Part shown: positions 10,620-20,733 of the stretch, piece after piece | Numbering within the stretch: position 1 is the stretch's first letter | Layout: each line of letters begins with the position of its first letter | Assembly: GCA_963555825.3 (NCBI GenBank) | Contig: CAUVXB020000001.1 | Coordinates: 608,001 to 672,000, forward strand | Reading direction: 5' to 3' | Origin: Alphaproteobacteria bacterium | Lineage (GTDB): Bacteria; Pseudomonadota; Alphaproteobacteria; JAAXGF01 | DNA length: 64,000 nt | Notes under the pieces: generated by a model | The model's input: only the letters and a program-made list of their open reading frames with translations | Told to the model about the DNA's origin: nothing | The model's database searches: none | Translations under genes and position numbers: made by a program

Positions 10620-12605
10620 GTGTTCGAAAAGATACTCATCGCCAACCGGGGCGAGATCGCCTACCGCATCATGCGCACGGCGCGGCGCATGGGCATCGCT
10701 ACCGTCGCGGTCTATTCCGAGGCCGACGCCGACGCGCTGCATGTGCGCGAGGCCGACGAGGCGGTCGGCATCGGACCCGCGCCGGCCGCCGAGAGCTACC
10801 TGGTGATCGAAAACATCATTGTCGCGTTGCAGCAAACCCGCGCCGAGGCGGTCCATCCGGGTTACGGGTTTCTTTCCGAGAACGCCGATTTCGTCGCCGC
10901 CGTCGAGGCCGCCGGCGCGGTGTTCATCGGACCGGGCACCGCCGCGATCGCGGCGATGGGCGACAAGCTCGAATCGAAACGGTTGGCCAAACGGGCCGGG
11001 ATCAACACCATCCCCGGCCACGACGGTGTCATCGCCGACGCCGAGGCGGCCGTCGCGATCGCGCGCGACATCGGCTATCCGGTCATGCTCAAGGCCTCGG
11101 CGGGCGGCGGTGGCAAGGGCATGCGCATGGTGCGCGACGACGACGCGGCGCGCGAGGGCTTCGCGTCGGCGTCGTCCGAGGCGCGGTCGAGCTTCGGCGA
11201 TGATCGCATGCTGATCGAGAAGTTCATCGCCGAGCCGCGCCATATCGAGATCCAGGTGCTCGCCGATGCGCACGGCAACACGGTCCATCTCGGCGAACGC
11301 GAATGCTCGATCCAGCGGCGTCACCAGAAGATCATCGAGGAGGCGCCGAGCCCGTTCATCGACGCCGCGACGCGCGCCGCGATGGGCGCCCAGGCGGTCG
11401 CGCTGGCGGCCGCCGTGGACTATCGCTCGGCGGGCACGGTCGAGTTCATAGTCGATGCCAACAAGAACTTCTATTTCCTTGAAATGAATACAAGATTGCA
11501 GGTCGAGCATCCGGTGACCGAGCTCACCACCGGGATCGACCTGGTCGAGCAGATGATCCGCGTCGCGGCGGGCGAAACGCTGGGCTTCGGGCAAGACGAT
11601 ATCGGCTTCGACGGCTGGGCGATCGAGGGCCGCGTCTACGCCGAGGACCCGGCGCGCGGTTTCCTGCCGTCGCCCGGCCGGCTGACGCGCTACCGGCCAC
11701 CGACCGGGGCCGACGGCGTGCGCCTCGACAGCGGCGTCTACGAAGGCGCCGAGGTCACCATGTTCTACGACCCGATGATCGCCAAACTGTGCGCCTGGGG
11801 CGACAGCCGGGCCGCGGCGATCGAGCGCATGCGGGCGGCGATCGACGGCTTCGAGATCGTCGGACCGGGCCATAACCTCGACCTGCTCGCCGCCGTCATG
11901 CGCCATCCGCGCTTTGTCGAGGGCGCCATCGACACGGGGTTCATCGACGACCTCTATGCCGACGGCTTCTCGGGCGCGCCGATCGAGGGCGCGGCGCGCG
12001 ACGCGTTGGTCGTCACGGCGCTCGCGGTTCATCTCGCGTCGACGGCCCGCGCCAACCGCATTTCGGGGCGGGTTGCGAGCCATTGCTGGCAGCCGGACGC
12101 GGACTGGGTCGTCGGGCTGGACGGCGAGACGTCGAGCGTCACCGTCGTGGCGCGCGGCGACGGTCTCGACGTCGACATCGACGGGCGCCGCGTCGAACTC
12201 GACGGTGTTTGGCGGGTCGGCGCGTCGACCTTCGAGGGCCGCGTCGATGGGCTCGACGTCATCGTGCAAGTGACGCCCAACGCCGACGGCTATCGACTGC
12301 GCCACGCCGGTTGCAGCGCACACGCCACCGTGCGCCGCGCGCGCGTTGCCGAACTCGCCGCGCTGATGCCCCTCAAGGAGGTCGCCGACAGCTCGCGTTT
12401 CCTGCTCTCGCCGATGCCCGGCCGCGTCGTCTCGATCGCGGTCGTCGAGGGCGACGACGTCAAGGTCGGCCAACCGCTCGCGGTGATCGACGCGATGAAG
12501 ATGGAGAACGTGCTGCGCGCCCATCGCGACGGCTGCATCGCCAAGGTCATGGTCGGCGTCGGCGACAGCCTGAGCACCGACCAGGTGATCCTCGAGTTCG
12601 AATGA
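10620..12605 (+). CDS. pccA: Propionyl-CoA carboxylase alpha subunit (biotin carboxylase + biotin carrier)
   Basis: [50 protein letters not shown]; near pccB. Confidence 0.9.
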   Translation: MFEKILIANRGEIAYRIMRTARRMGIATVAVYSEADADALHVREADEAVGIGPAPAAESYLVIENIIVALQQTRAEAVHPGYGFLSENADFVAAVEAAGAVFIGPGTAAIAAMGDKLESKRLAKRAGINTIPGHDGVIADAEAAVAIARDIGYPVMLKASAGGGGKGMRMVRDDDAAREGFASASSEARSSFGDDRMLIEKFIAEPRHIEIQVLADAHGNTVHLGERECSIQRRHQKIIEEAPSPFIDAATRAAMGAQAVALAAAVDYRSAGTVEFIVDANKNFYFLEMNTRLQVEHPVTELTTGIDLVEQMIRVAAGETLGFGQDDIGFDGWAIEGRVYAEDPARGFLPSPGRLTRYRPPTGADGVRLDSGVYEGAEVTMFYDPMIAKLCAWGDSRAAAIERMRAAIDGFEIVGPGHNLDLLAAVMRHPRFVEGAIDTGFIDDLYADGFSGAPIEGAARDALVVTALAVHLASTARANRISGRVASHCWQPDADWVVGLDGETSSVTVVARGDGLDVDIDGRRVELDGVWRVGASTFEGRVDGLDVIVQVTPNADGYRLRHAGCSAHATVRRARVAELAALMPLKEVADSSRFLLSPMPGRVVSIAVVEGDDVKVGQPLAVIDAMKMENVLRAHRDGCIAKVMVGVGDSLSTDQVILEFE

Positions 12606-12880
12606 CCGCGGCGGTTCGGGTTCTAATCGAGGGTCGCGTCCAGGGTGTCGGCTTCCGCTACTGGATGATCGAGCGCGCCGGCGGCCTCGGCCTCGACGGC
12701 TGGGTGCGCAACCGCCACGACGGCGCCGTCGAGGCAGTCTTCGCCGGCCCCGCCGACGCGGTTGCCGCGATGCTGCGCCATTGCCACGACGGTCCCGCCT
12801 TCGCCCGCGTCACCCGCGTCCACGAGCAGCCCGAAACGGGCCCGGTCGAAGCCGGTTTCCATGCCTTGCCGACGGCGTAA
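12602..12880 (+). CDS. acyP: Acylphosphatase
   Basis: GRVQGVGFR, GWVRN..DG.VE; ATGA overlap with pccA. Confidence 0.95.
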   Translation: MTAAVRVLIEGRVQGVGFRYWMIERAGGLGLDGWVRNRHDGAVEAVFAGPADAVAAMLRHCHDGPAFARVTRVHEQPETGPVEAGFHALPTA

Positions 12881-13699
12881 CCGGATCGGCGTAGGCGTTG
12901 AGCAGGGACAGGCGGCGATTCGTAGCGTAATGATGGACGGATTGGTCAGTCAGGAACGAGCCCGATGAACCGAAAGGCAAGACGCGCGGCGGCAAAGGCC
13001 CGAGGAAGCGGCCGGCGCAAGGTCCCGGTCTCGGCGCAGGCGGGTACCGAGCTCAAGGCGGCGATTGCACACCACCAGGCGGGGCGACTGGCCGAAGCCA
13101 AGCGGCTCTACGCCGATGTCCTGTCGCGCGAGCCGGACCAGGCGGTGGCTCAGCACCTCGTCGGCGTCATCGCCTACCAGGAAGGCGACGCCCGTCAGGC
13201 GACCGCGTTGATCGGCAAGGCGATCGCCTTGCGTCCCGACTACGCCGATGCGCACGGCAACCTGGGCAACGCGCTTGCGCAGCTGGGCAAGTTAGAGGAC
13301 GCGGTGGCCGCTTACCGCAAGGCCCTGGAGCTGAAGCCCGAACACGCCGACGCGCACAACAACCTGGGCAACGTGCTGAGGAGCCAGGACGAGTTGGAAG
13401 AAGCGGCGCGCTCCTACCGTACCGCTCTGGAGTTGAAGCCCGACCACGCCGACGCGCACAACAATCTGGGCATTGTTCTCAAGGAACAGGGCGAGTGGGA
13501 GGACGCGGTAGCGGCTTATCGCAAGGCCCTGGCGCTCAAGCCCGACTACGCCGAAGCGCACAACAATCTGGGCAATGCGCTGAAGGACGGGGGCCAGCTG
13601 GAAGAAGCGGTAGCGGCTTATCGCGGTGCGCTGGCGCTGAAGCCCGACTACGCCGAGGCGCACAATAATCTGGGCGCTGTACTCAAAGAACAGGGCAAG

Positions 13700-14821
13700 C
13701 TAGTGTCCCGATTCCGAAGTTCGCATGATTTTCGCCTGCTGTTCAGCGATTTCGATTGTTCGGAGGCAGAAGCGCTGGATGGCGGCGAGGATGTCATCGG
13801 CGGATTTGGTCCATTTGAAGGGTTTGGGGTTCTGGTTTGTCGTGTCGATGTAGTCGAGGATGGTGCGCTCCAACTCCTTGGTGGAGCGATGGACGCCGCG
13901 CCTGATCTGCTTGTCGGTCAGCAGCCCGAACCAGCGCTCGACCTGGTTCAGCCAGGAGGCGCTGGTGGGTGTGAAATGGGCCTGCCAGCGCGGCCGTTTG
14001 GCGAACCAGTCGCGGATCGCCTTGGTCTTGTGGGTCCCGTAGTTGTCCATGACGATGTGGATGTCGAGATCAGCAGGGACGTTCGCCTCGACGAGGTCGA
14101 GGAATTTGCGGAACTCTCGGGCCCGATGGCGCGGGAAACATTTGCCGATGATCTCTCCCGTGGCGATGTCGAGGGCCGCGAAGAGAGAGGTCGTGCCGTG
14201 GCGCTTGTAGTCGTGGCTGCGCCGCTCCGCCTGCCCGGGGCGCATCGGCAAGAGGGGCTGGGAACGGTCCAGGGTCTGGATCTGGCTCTTTTCGTCGACA
14301 CAGAGAACCAGGGCACGATCCGGCGGCGCCAAATACAGACCGACGATGTCGCGGACCTTCTCCACGAAGAAGGGATCGCTCGACAGCTTGAAGGTCTCCG
14401 AGCGATGCGGCTGCAAGCCGAAGGCCCGCCAGATGCGATGAATGGTCGAGGGCGCGTGGCCGCTCGCCCGCGCCATCGAGCGAAGGCTCCAATGGGTCGC
14501 GTCCGGCGGCGTCTCTTCCAGCGTCAGCCGGACCGCTTCCGCGATGGCGTCATCGCCGATTTGACGCGGCGCGCCGGGGCGGGGTTCGTCGTACAGACCG
14601 TCGAGGCCCTCCGCCGCATAGCGGCGACGCCACTTGCCCACGGTGTCCGCGCTCGCCTCGAGACGAACGGCGATCTCCTTGTTCTCCAACCCTTCCGCCG
14701 CCGCCAAGACGATCCGAGCCCGCCGCGCAAGCCCCTGCGACGTCTTGCGACGACGAGACAGCGCCTCCAATTCGGCGCGCTCGTCATCGCTCAAAGAGAT
14801 CGTCACCGCCACTCTCGCCAT
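13700..14821 (-). CDS. IS630 transposase
   Basis: HTH N-terminus; DDE motifs [20 protein letters not shown]; stop codon formed in the terminal CTAG. Confidence 0.96.
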   Translation of the reverse strand: MARVAVTISLSDDERAELEALSRRRKTSQGLARRARIVLAAAEGLENKEIAVRLEASADTVGKWRRRYAAEGLDGLYDEPRPGAPRQIGDDAIAEAVRLTLEETPPDATHWSLRSMARASGHAPSTIHRIWRAFGLQPHRSETFKLSSDPFFVEKVRDIVGLYLAPPDRALVLCVDEKSQIQTLDRSQPLLPMRPGQAERRSHDYKRHGTTSLFAALDIATGEIIGKCFPRHRAREFRKFLDLVEANVPADLDIHIVMDNYGTHKTKAIRDWFAKRPRWQAHFTPTSASWLNQVERWFGLLTDKQIRRGVHRSTKELERTILDYIDTTNQNPKPFKWTKSADDILAAIQRFCLRTIEIAEQQAKIMRTSESGH

Positions 14822-14884
14822 CAATCGCGCCTCCTAAAAACAAATAGAGACATAATCATATCAATTTATCGATCAGGACACTAG
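13700..14884 (-). mobile_element. IS630-family element, tandem copy 1 (1181-bp period)
   Basis: CTAG at both ends; TIR TAGTGTCCCGAT / ATCAGGACACTA. Confidence 0.95.
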
Positions 14885-16002
14885 TGTCCCGATTCCGAAG
14901 TTCGCATGATTTTCGCCTGCTGTTCAGCGATTTCGATTGTTCGGAGGCAGAAGCGCTGGATGGCGCCGAGGATGTCATCGGCGGATTTGGTCCATTTGAA
15001 GGGTTTGGGGTTCTGGTTTGTCGTGTCGATGTAGTCGAGGATGGTGCGCTCCAACTCCTTGGTGGAGCGATGGACGCCGCGCCTGATCTGCTTGTCGGTC
15101 AGCAGCCCGAACCAGCGCTCGACCTGGTTCAGCCAGGAGGCGCTGGTGGGTGTGAAATGGGCCTGCCAGCGCGGCCGTTTGGCGAACCAGTCGCGGATCG
15201 CCTTGGTCTTGTGGGTCCCGTAGTTGTCCATGACGATGTGGATGTCGAGATCAGCAGGGACGTTCGCCTCGACGAGGTCGAGGAATTTGCGGAACTCTCG
15301 GGCCCGATGGCGCGGGAAACATTTGCCGATGATCTCTCCCGTGGCGATGTCGAGGGCCGCGAAGAGAGAGGTCGTGCCGTGGCGCTTGTAGTCGTGGCTG
15401 CGCCGCTCCGCCTGCCCGGGGCGCATCGGCAAGAGGGGCTGGGAACGGTCCAGGGCCTGGATCTGGCTCTTTTCGTCGACACAGAGAACCAGGGCACGAT
15501 CCGGCGGCGCCAAATACAGACCGACGATGTCGCGGACCTTCTCCACGAAGAAGGGATCGCTCGACAGCTTGAAGGTCTCCGAGCGATGCGGCTGCAAGCC
15601 GAAGGCCCGCCAGATGCGATGAATGGTCGAGGGCGCGTGGCCGCTCGCCCGCGCCATCGAGCGAAGGCTCCAATGGGTCGCGTCCGGCGGCGTCTCTTCC
15701 AGCGTCAGCCGGACCGCTTCCGCGATGGCGTCATCGCCGATTTGACGCGGCGCGCCGGGGCGGGGTTCGTCGTACAGACCGTCGAGGCCCTCCGCCGCAT
15801 AGCGGCGACGCCACTTGCCCACGGTGTCCGCGCTCGCCTCGAGACGAACGGCGATCTCCTTGTTCTCCAACCCTTCCGCCGCCGCCAAGACGATCCGAGC
15901 CCGCCGCGCAAGCCCCTGCGACGTCTTGCGACGACGAGACAGCGCCTCCAATTCGGCGCGCTCGTCATCGCTCAAAGAGATCGTCACCGCCACTCTCGCC
16001 AT
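14881..16002 (-). CDS. IS630 transposase
   Basis: As copy 1 except QALDR versus QTLDR and ILGAI versus ILAAI. Confidence 0.96.
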   Translation of the reverse strand: MARVAVTISLSDDERAELEALSRRRKTSQGLARRARIVLAAAEGLENKEIAVRLEASADTVGKWRRRYAAEGLDGLYDEPRPGAPRQIGDDAIAEAVRLTLEETPPDATHWSLRSMARASGHAPSTIHRIWRAFGLQPHRSETFKLSSDPFFVEKVRDIVGLYLAPPDRALVLCVDEKSQIQALDRSQPLLPMRPGQAERRSHDYKRHGTTSLFAALDIATGEIIGKCFPRHRAREFRKFLDLVEANVPADLDIHIVMDNYGTHKTKAIRDWFAKRPRWQAHFTPTSASWLNQVERWFGLLTDKQIRRGVHRSTKELERTILDYIDTTNQNPKPFKWTKSADDILGAIQRFCLRTIEIAEQQAKIMRTSESGH

Positions 16003-16065
16003 CAATCGCGCCTCCTAAAAACAAATAGAGACATAATCATATCAATTTATCGATCAGGACACTAG
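14881..16065 (-). mobile_element. IS630-family element, tandem copy 2
   Basis: Near-identical to copy 1 (2 differences seen); shares CTAG 14881-14884 with copy 1. Confidence 0.95.
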
Positions 16066-17929
16066 ACGACGCGGTGGCGGCATACCGTACGGCCCTGGCG
16101 CTGAAGCCCGACTACGCCGAGGCGCACAACAACCTGGGTAATGCGCTGAAGGACCTGGGCCGGCTGGAAGAGGCGGTAGCGACCTACCACAAGGCGCTGG
16201 CGCTGAAACCAGACTACATTTCGGGCACTACAATCTGGGTAATCTGCAATGAGACCTGGGTCGGCTGGAGGATGCGTCGGTCGCCTACCACGCGGCGCTC
16301 GAGTTGAAGCCCGACTATGTCGCGGCGCACAACAATCTGGGCAACGTGCTCAGGGATCAGGGCAAGTTGGACGACGCGTTGGCGGCCTACCACAGGGCGC
16401 TGGCGCTCAGGCCCGACTACGTCGCGGCGCACGTCAACCTGGGCAATGCGCTGAAGGATCTGGGTCGGTTGGAAGAGGCGGTGGCAGCCTTTCAGAAGGC
16501 CCTGGCGGTGAAACCCGACCAACCCGAGGCGCGTAGCAACCTGGGCAATGCGTACAAAAACCAGGGCAAGCTGACAGAAGCCGTGGCCGCTTACCAAAAA
16601 GCGCTGGAGCTGAAACCCGACTACGTCGACGCTCACAGCAATCTGGTTTTCTACATGAATTACGATGAGCAATTTACGCAACGGGACATCGTCGCCGAGA
16701 GCCGACGCTGGGATGCCGTTCACGCGGTGCCTCGCGGTGCGGACGAACGACCACATCCCAACGATCCCGATCCCGAACGTCGGCTGCGCGTAGGCTATGT
16801 CTCTCCCGACTTTCGCGAACATTCGGTCAGCTACTTCCTGGATCCGGTTATTGCCCACTATGACCGCGGCACATTCGAGGTGTTTTGTTACGCGGGCGTC
16901 GTAAGGCCCGACAAAAAGACGGCCCGCTTTCGAGACCTTTCGGGCGGTTGGTGTTCGACGGTGGGCATGACCGATGCGGCGGTCGCTGAACGCATCCGCG
17001 AGGACGGTATCGATATTCTGGTCGACCTCGCGGGGCACTCGGCGAACAATCGCCTCCTTGTCTTCGCCGAGCGACCCGCGCCTGTACAGGTGACTTGGCT
17101 CGGCTACCCGAACACCACAGGCCTGTCGGCCATGGATTACCGGTTGACGGACGCGATCGCCGATCCCGCGGGCGACGCTGAAGCCTCGCACAGCGAGACG
17201 TTGGTGCGCCTGCCGAACGGGTTCCTCTGCTTTACGCCGACGGCTGATGCACCGGAAATTGGTGAAGCCCACGCTCCGGCCGCCGGCCACGTTACATTTG
17301 GTTCGTTCAACAATCTGGCGAAGGTTACGCCCGACGTCGTGGCGACCTGGGCGCGTGTTCTCGATGGCGCCCCGACATCACGATTGCTGATCAAAAGCAG
17401 GCCGCTCGCCGATGCGGAAACCCACAAGCGATACGTTGAGATGTTCGATGCGCACGGCATCGACGCCGAACGGGTCGAATTGATTCCACGGATCCCGTCG
17501 AGATCCGGGCATCTCGGGGCGTATGGCCGCGTCGACATCGGGCTCGATCCGTTCCCGTACAACGGTACGACGACGACCTGTGAGGAGTTGTGGATGGGCG
17601 TGCCGGTGATCACGCTCTCGGGCGATCGTCACGCCGGCCGCGTCGGTGCGAGCATCCTCAATCGGGTCGGTCTCGGCGACCTCGTCGCCGAGACGAGAGA
17701 GGCCTACGTCGAGACAGCGGTGGCGCTCGCAAACGACCTCAATCGGCTGTCGACCTTGCGCAACGGCTTGCGTGATAGGGTGCGGCAATTGCCGCTTTGC
17801 GATGCCGATGCGTTTGCCCGCGATGTCGAGGCGGCTTACCGGGAGATGTGGCGTCGGGTCTGCAATTGACCGTCGGGCGGTTGCCGCCACGGTACTGGCC
17901 CGCCGGTCGAGACGTATAGGACGAGGCGA

Positions 17930-19903
17930 TTGAACCGCAAAGAAAGACGCGCTGCCGCAAAGGTCCAGCGACGAGGCACGCGCCAGGAACCGGGCGCGGT
18001 ATCGGCGAGTGGCGCGCTTCAGGCGGCGATATCACATCACCAAGCAGGACGGCTGGCCGAAGCCAAGCGGCTCTATGCGGCGGTTCAGTCTCGCGAGCCG
18101 GACAACGCAGTGGTACTGCATCATCTCGGCGTGATCGCGTTTCAAGAGGGCGACCCCCGTCAGGCGACCACCTTGATCGGCCAGGCGATCGCCTTGCGAC
18201 CCGACTATGCCGACGCATACAGCAACCTGGGTAGCGCGCTCGTCCAACGAGGCAGGCTTGAGGACGCGGCGGCCGCATTCCGTACAGCGCTGGAGCTAAA
18301 ACCCGACCACGCCGACGCGCACAACAACCTCGGCAACGTCCTCAAGGAACAGGGTAAGTTGCAGGACGCGGTGATTGCGTATCGCAGGGCCCTGGCGCTC
18401 ACGCCTGATCACGTCGACGCATACGTAAACCTCGGAATCACGCTCATTGCCCTGGGCCGTCGAGTGGAGGCGCTAGAGGCTTACCGTAGGGCGCTGGCAA
18501 TTAGGCCTGGCTTAGGCATCGCGCAGGGCATGTTCGTTCATATGCTGCAACACGCTTGTGACTGGGGCGAGTTCGAAACGGCTGCTGCGAAGTTAGATAC
18601 TCTGGTCGACGGCGATCTCGACAAGGGCGTCATATGCGCCGAGAGGCCGTTCGTCAGCATCACTCGGTGCAATGACGCGGCGCGCAATCTGGCAATCGCA
18701 GAATCGTGGAGCACGGATGTCGTGCGGCGCGTGTCCAGTCATGAGATCGAATTCGCATTTGACAACCAGCGATTGCGGAAGAAGCGGATCAGGATTGGCT
18801 ACCTCACCGCCGATTTTCATGCACATGCCACTGCGCACCTCATGGCGGGCCTATTTGGCCTGCACGACAGGGACCGCTTCACGATACACGCTTACTCCTA
18901 CGGGCCGGATGACAAGAGCGCCTACCGCGCGAGAATTGCGGCCGACAGTGATGCATTCGCCGACATTCGGGATCTGTCGACGACCCAGAGCGCTCGGCGC
19001 ATCTACCAGGACGAAATCGACATTCTGGTCGATCTCAAGGGCTACTCACAGGAGTCGCGTCTCGATATCTGTGCTCTGAGGCCGGCGCCCGTCCAGGCGA
19101 CCTATTTGGGTTTCCCCGGCACGACGGGTGCCGATTTCTTTGACTACGTCATCACCGATCGGATCGTCACCCCCGAAGATCAGGTGCCGTTTTACAGCGA
19201 AAATTTCGTCTATTTGCCTCATTGCTATCAAGTCAACGATCATACACAGGCGATCTCGAACGCGCCGGTCACGCGGGCCGATTGCGGCCTGCCTGAGGAT
19301 GGCTTCGTGTTCTGCTCGTTCAACCAGTCGTACAAGATCGAACCCCTCATGTGGGACGTCTGGATGCGGATACTCCGTGGCGTTCCAGGCAGCGTCCTGT
19401 GGCTCCTGCGCACCAACAAATTGGCCGAAGCAAATCTCAAGCGCGAGGCGGTCAAACGAGATGTCGATCCCGGTCGCATCGTGTTCGCCGATTTCCTGCA
19501 AAAATCCGAACACCTAGCGCGCTTCAGGCTTGCCGATCTATTCCTCGATACGCGCATTTACAATGGCCACACGACGGCGAGTGACGCGCTGTGGTCGGGC
19601 GTTCCGGTCGTCACGCTCCAGGGTCAACATTTCGCGTCGCGCGTCGGCGCGAGCTTGCTCAACGCAATCGGTCTGCCGGAGCTGATCTGCCATGGCCTCG
19701 ATGACTACGAGACACTCACCGTACGCTTGGCGCGCGAGCCTGGCGAAGTCGAGGCGATCCGCGCCAAGCTCACTCGTAATCGGCTGTCCGAGCCGTTGTT
19801 CGATACGCCGCGCTTCACACGCGATCTGGAGAGCGCCTTCGCTGCGATGTGGGACATCCATATCGCCGGCGAACCGCCACGGATGATCGACATCCACGCG
19901 TGA
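17930..19903 (+). CDS. TPR-repeat GT41 glycosyltransferase (O-GlcNAc transferase-like)
   Basis: About 5 TPRs, then RIGYLTADFHAHATAHLM, DILVDLKGY, YLGFPGTTGA, FNQSYKI, YNGHTTASDALW, FASRV. Confidence 0.92.
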   Translation: MNRKERRAAAKVQRRGTRQEPGAVSASGALQAAISHHQAGRLAEAKRLYAAVQSREPDNAVVLHHLGVIAFQEGDPRQATTLIGQAIALRPDYADAYSNLGSALVQRGRLEDAAAAFRTALELKPDHADAHNNLGNVLKEQGKLQDAVIAYRRALALTPDHVDAYVNLGITLIALGRRVEALEAYRRALAIRPGLGIAQGMFVHMLQHACDWGEFETAAAKLDTLVDGDLDKGVICAERPFVSITRCNDAARNLAIAESWSTDVVRRVSSHEIEFAFDNQRLRKKRIRIGYLTADFHAHATAHLMAGLFGLHDRDRFTIHAYSYGPDDKSAYRARIAADSDAFADIRDLSTTQSARRIYQDEIDILVDLKGYSQESRLDICALRPAPVQATYLGFPGTTGADFFDYVITDRIVTPEDQVPFYSENFVYLPHCYQVNDHTQAISNAPVTRADCGLPEDGFVFCSFNQSYKIEPLMWDVWMRILRGVPGSVLWLLRTNKLAEANLKREAVKRDVDPGRIVFADFLQKSEHLARFRLADLFLDTRIYNGHTTASDALWSGVPVVTLQGQHFASRVGASLLNAIGLPELICHGLDDYETLTVRLAREPGEVEAIRAKLTRNRLSEPLFDTPRFTRDLESAFAAMWDIHIAGEPPRMIDIHA

Positions 19904-19959
19904 TCGCTGGAAACACCGCGGTGCGATCGGGTCTCGGTCCCTTCGATAGAAAACAAAAG

Positions 19960-19982
19960 AAACACCGCCGAGGCGGGGTTTT
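19960..19982. terminator. Probable bidirectional intrinsic terminator
   Basis: AAACACCGC-CGAG-GCGGGGTTTT hairpin with an A-rich upstream tract, just after the GT41 stop. Confidence 0.6.
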
Positions 19983-20007
19983 GAGTTGAGGGGGGAGCGG
20001 AGGCGTT

Positions 20008-20189
20008 TTATGGCAGGGGCGGCGTGATCTCGGTCAGCACCACGAAGACCGATTTGCCGCCCGCTTGAACCGTGCCGGGCGCGGCCGAGAGTATCGCCGC
20101 CGCCAAAAGGGTTCCGAGGAAACCCGTCGAAAGCATTCCGATATGGGCTGTACCGCCCCTGGTTTGGCTGGATGACATAATGTTCTCAT
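20008..20189 (-). pseudogene. Remnant of a small exported-protein gene whose start was hit by IS630
   Basis: Signal-peptide-like MLSTGFLGTLLAAAILSAAPGTVQA (20136-20008 frame); removing the IS630 joins RBS GAGGAG (23951-23946) to an ATG at 20189, which is in a different frame. Confidence 0.4.
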
Positions 20190-20199
20190 ACCAGTGAGC

Positions 20200-20614
20200 C
20201 TATGAAATCACCTTCATGATCCATGGATAGGCGCAGAGGGTTCGCATACGATCCGGTTCTGCGATGAGGTCGATCCATGCTTGGCAACAGGCGTCGATGA
20301 TGGCCTCGGTGTCGTCGAGGACGCGGAGCGATAGGAAGCGTTCGCGTAGGTAGAGCCAAACCCGCTCGACGGGGTTGAGTTCGGGACTGTAAGGCGGCAA
20401 CAGCGCCAAGGTGACGTTGTCGGGGACGGTGAGGGCGCGCTCGTCGTGCCAACCGGCGCCGTCGCACATCATGACGGCGTGCGCATCCTGGTCCAGGGTA
20501 TCGGCGAAGTGTGCGAGAAACAGGTCCATGACCTTGGCGTTGACGCTCGGCATCACCAGGGTGACGTCGTCGCCGGTGTCCGGGCGCACGGCGGAGAAGA
20601 TGTAGGCCCACTGG
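20200..20614 (-). pseudogene. IS630 transposase C-terminal fragment
   Basis: QWAYIF...CDGAGWH...LPPYSPELNPVERVW; continues from GYQW at ~23190. Confidence 0.9.
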
Positions 20615-20733
20615 TGAGAACGGCAGGGCAATAATCCCCCACTGAAGCGGCCGGTCGATCCGGCTGCGGCGGACCAAAATGGGACCGCGTATAGCCTTCT
20701 GTCAGGGTTGCTCTGACTGGAAGGCGGGGGGGG

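Larger units (their letters stand above)
12965..17869 (+). pseudogene. TPR-repeat GT41 glycosyltransferase (SPINDLY-like), disrupted
   Basis: TPR array interrupted at QGK|LDDAV by the IS630 dimer; 1-bp deletion near 16224 and TGA at 16250-16252; intact-looking C-terminal GT41 domain (RLRVGYVSPDFREHSV, DILVDLAGH, WLGYPNTTG, FNNLAK, PFPYNGTTT). Confidence 0.9.

Noticed and set aside
13230-16630. 102-bp periodic repeats resembling an array
   Set aside because: They are TPR-coding repeats (34 aa), with no constant repeat/unique spacer structure and no cas genes, so not CRISPR
20011-20026. Minus-strand CGCCGCCCCTGCCA resembling a tRNA 3' end (att remnant)
   Set aside because: No T-loop, no matching tRNA and no integrase in the window
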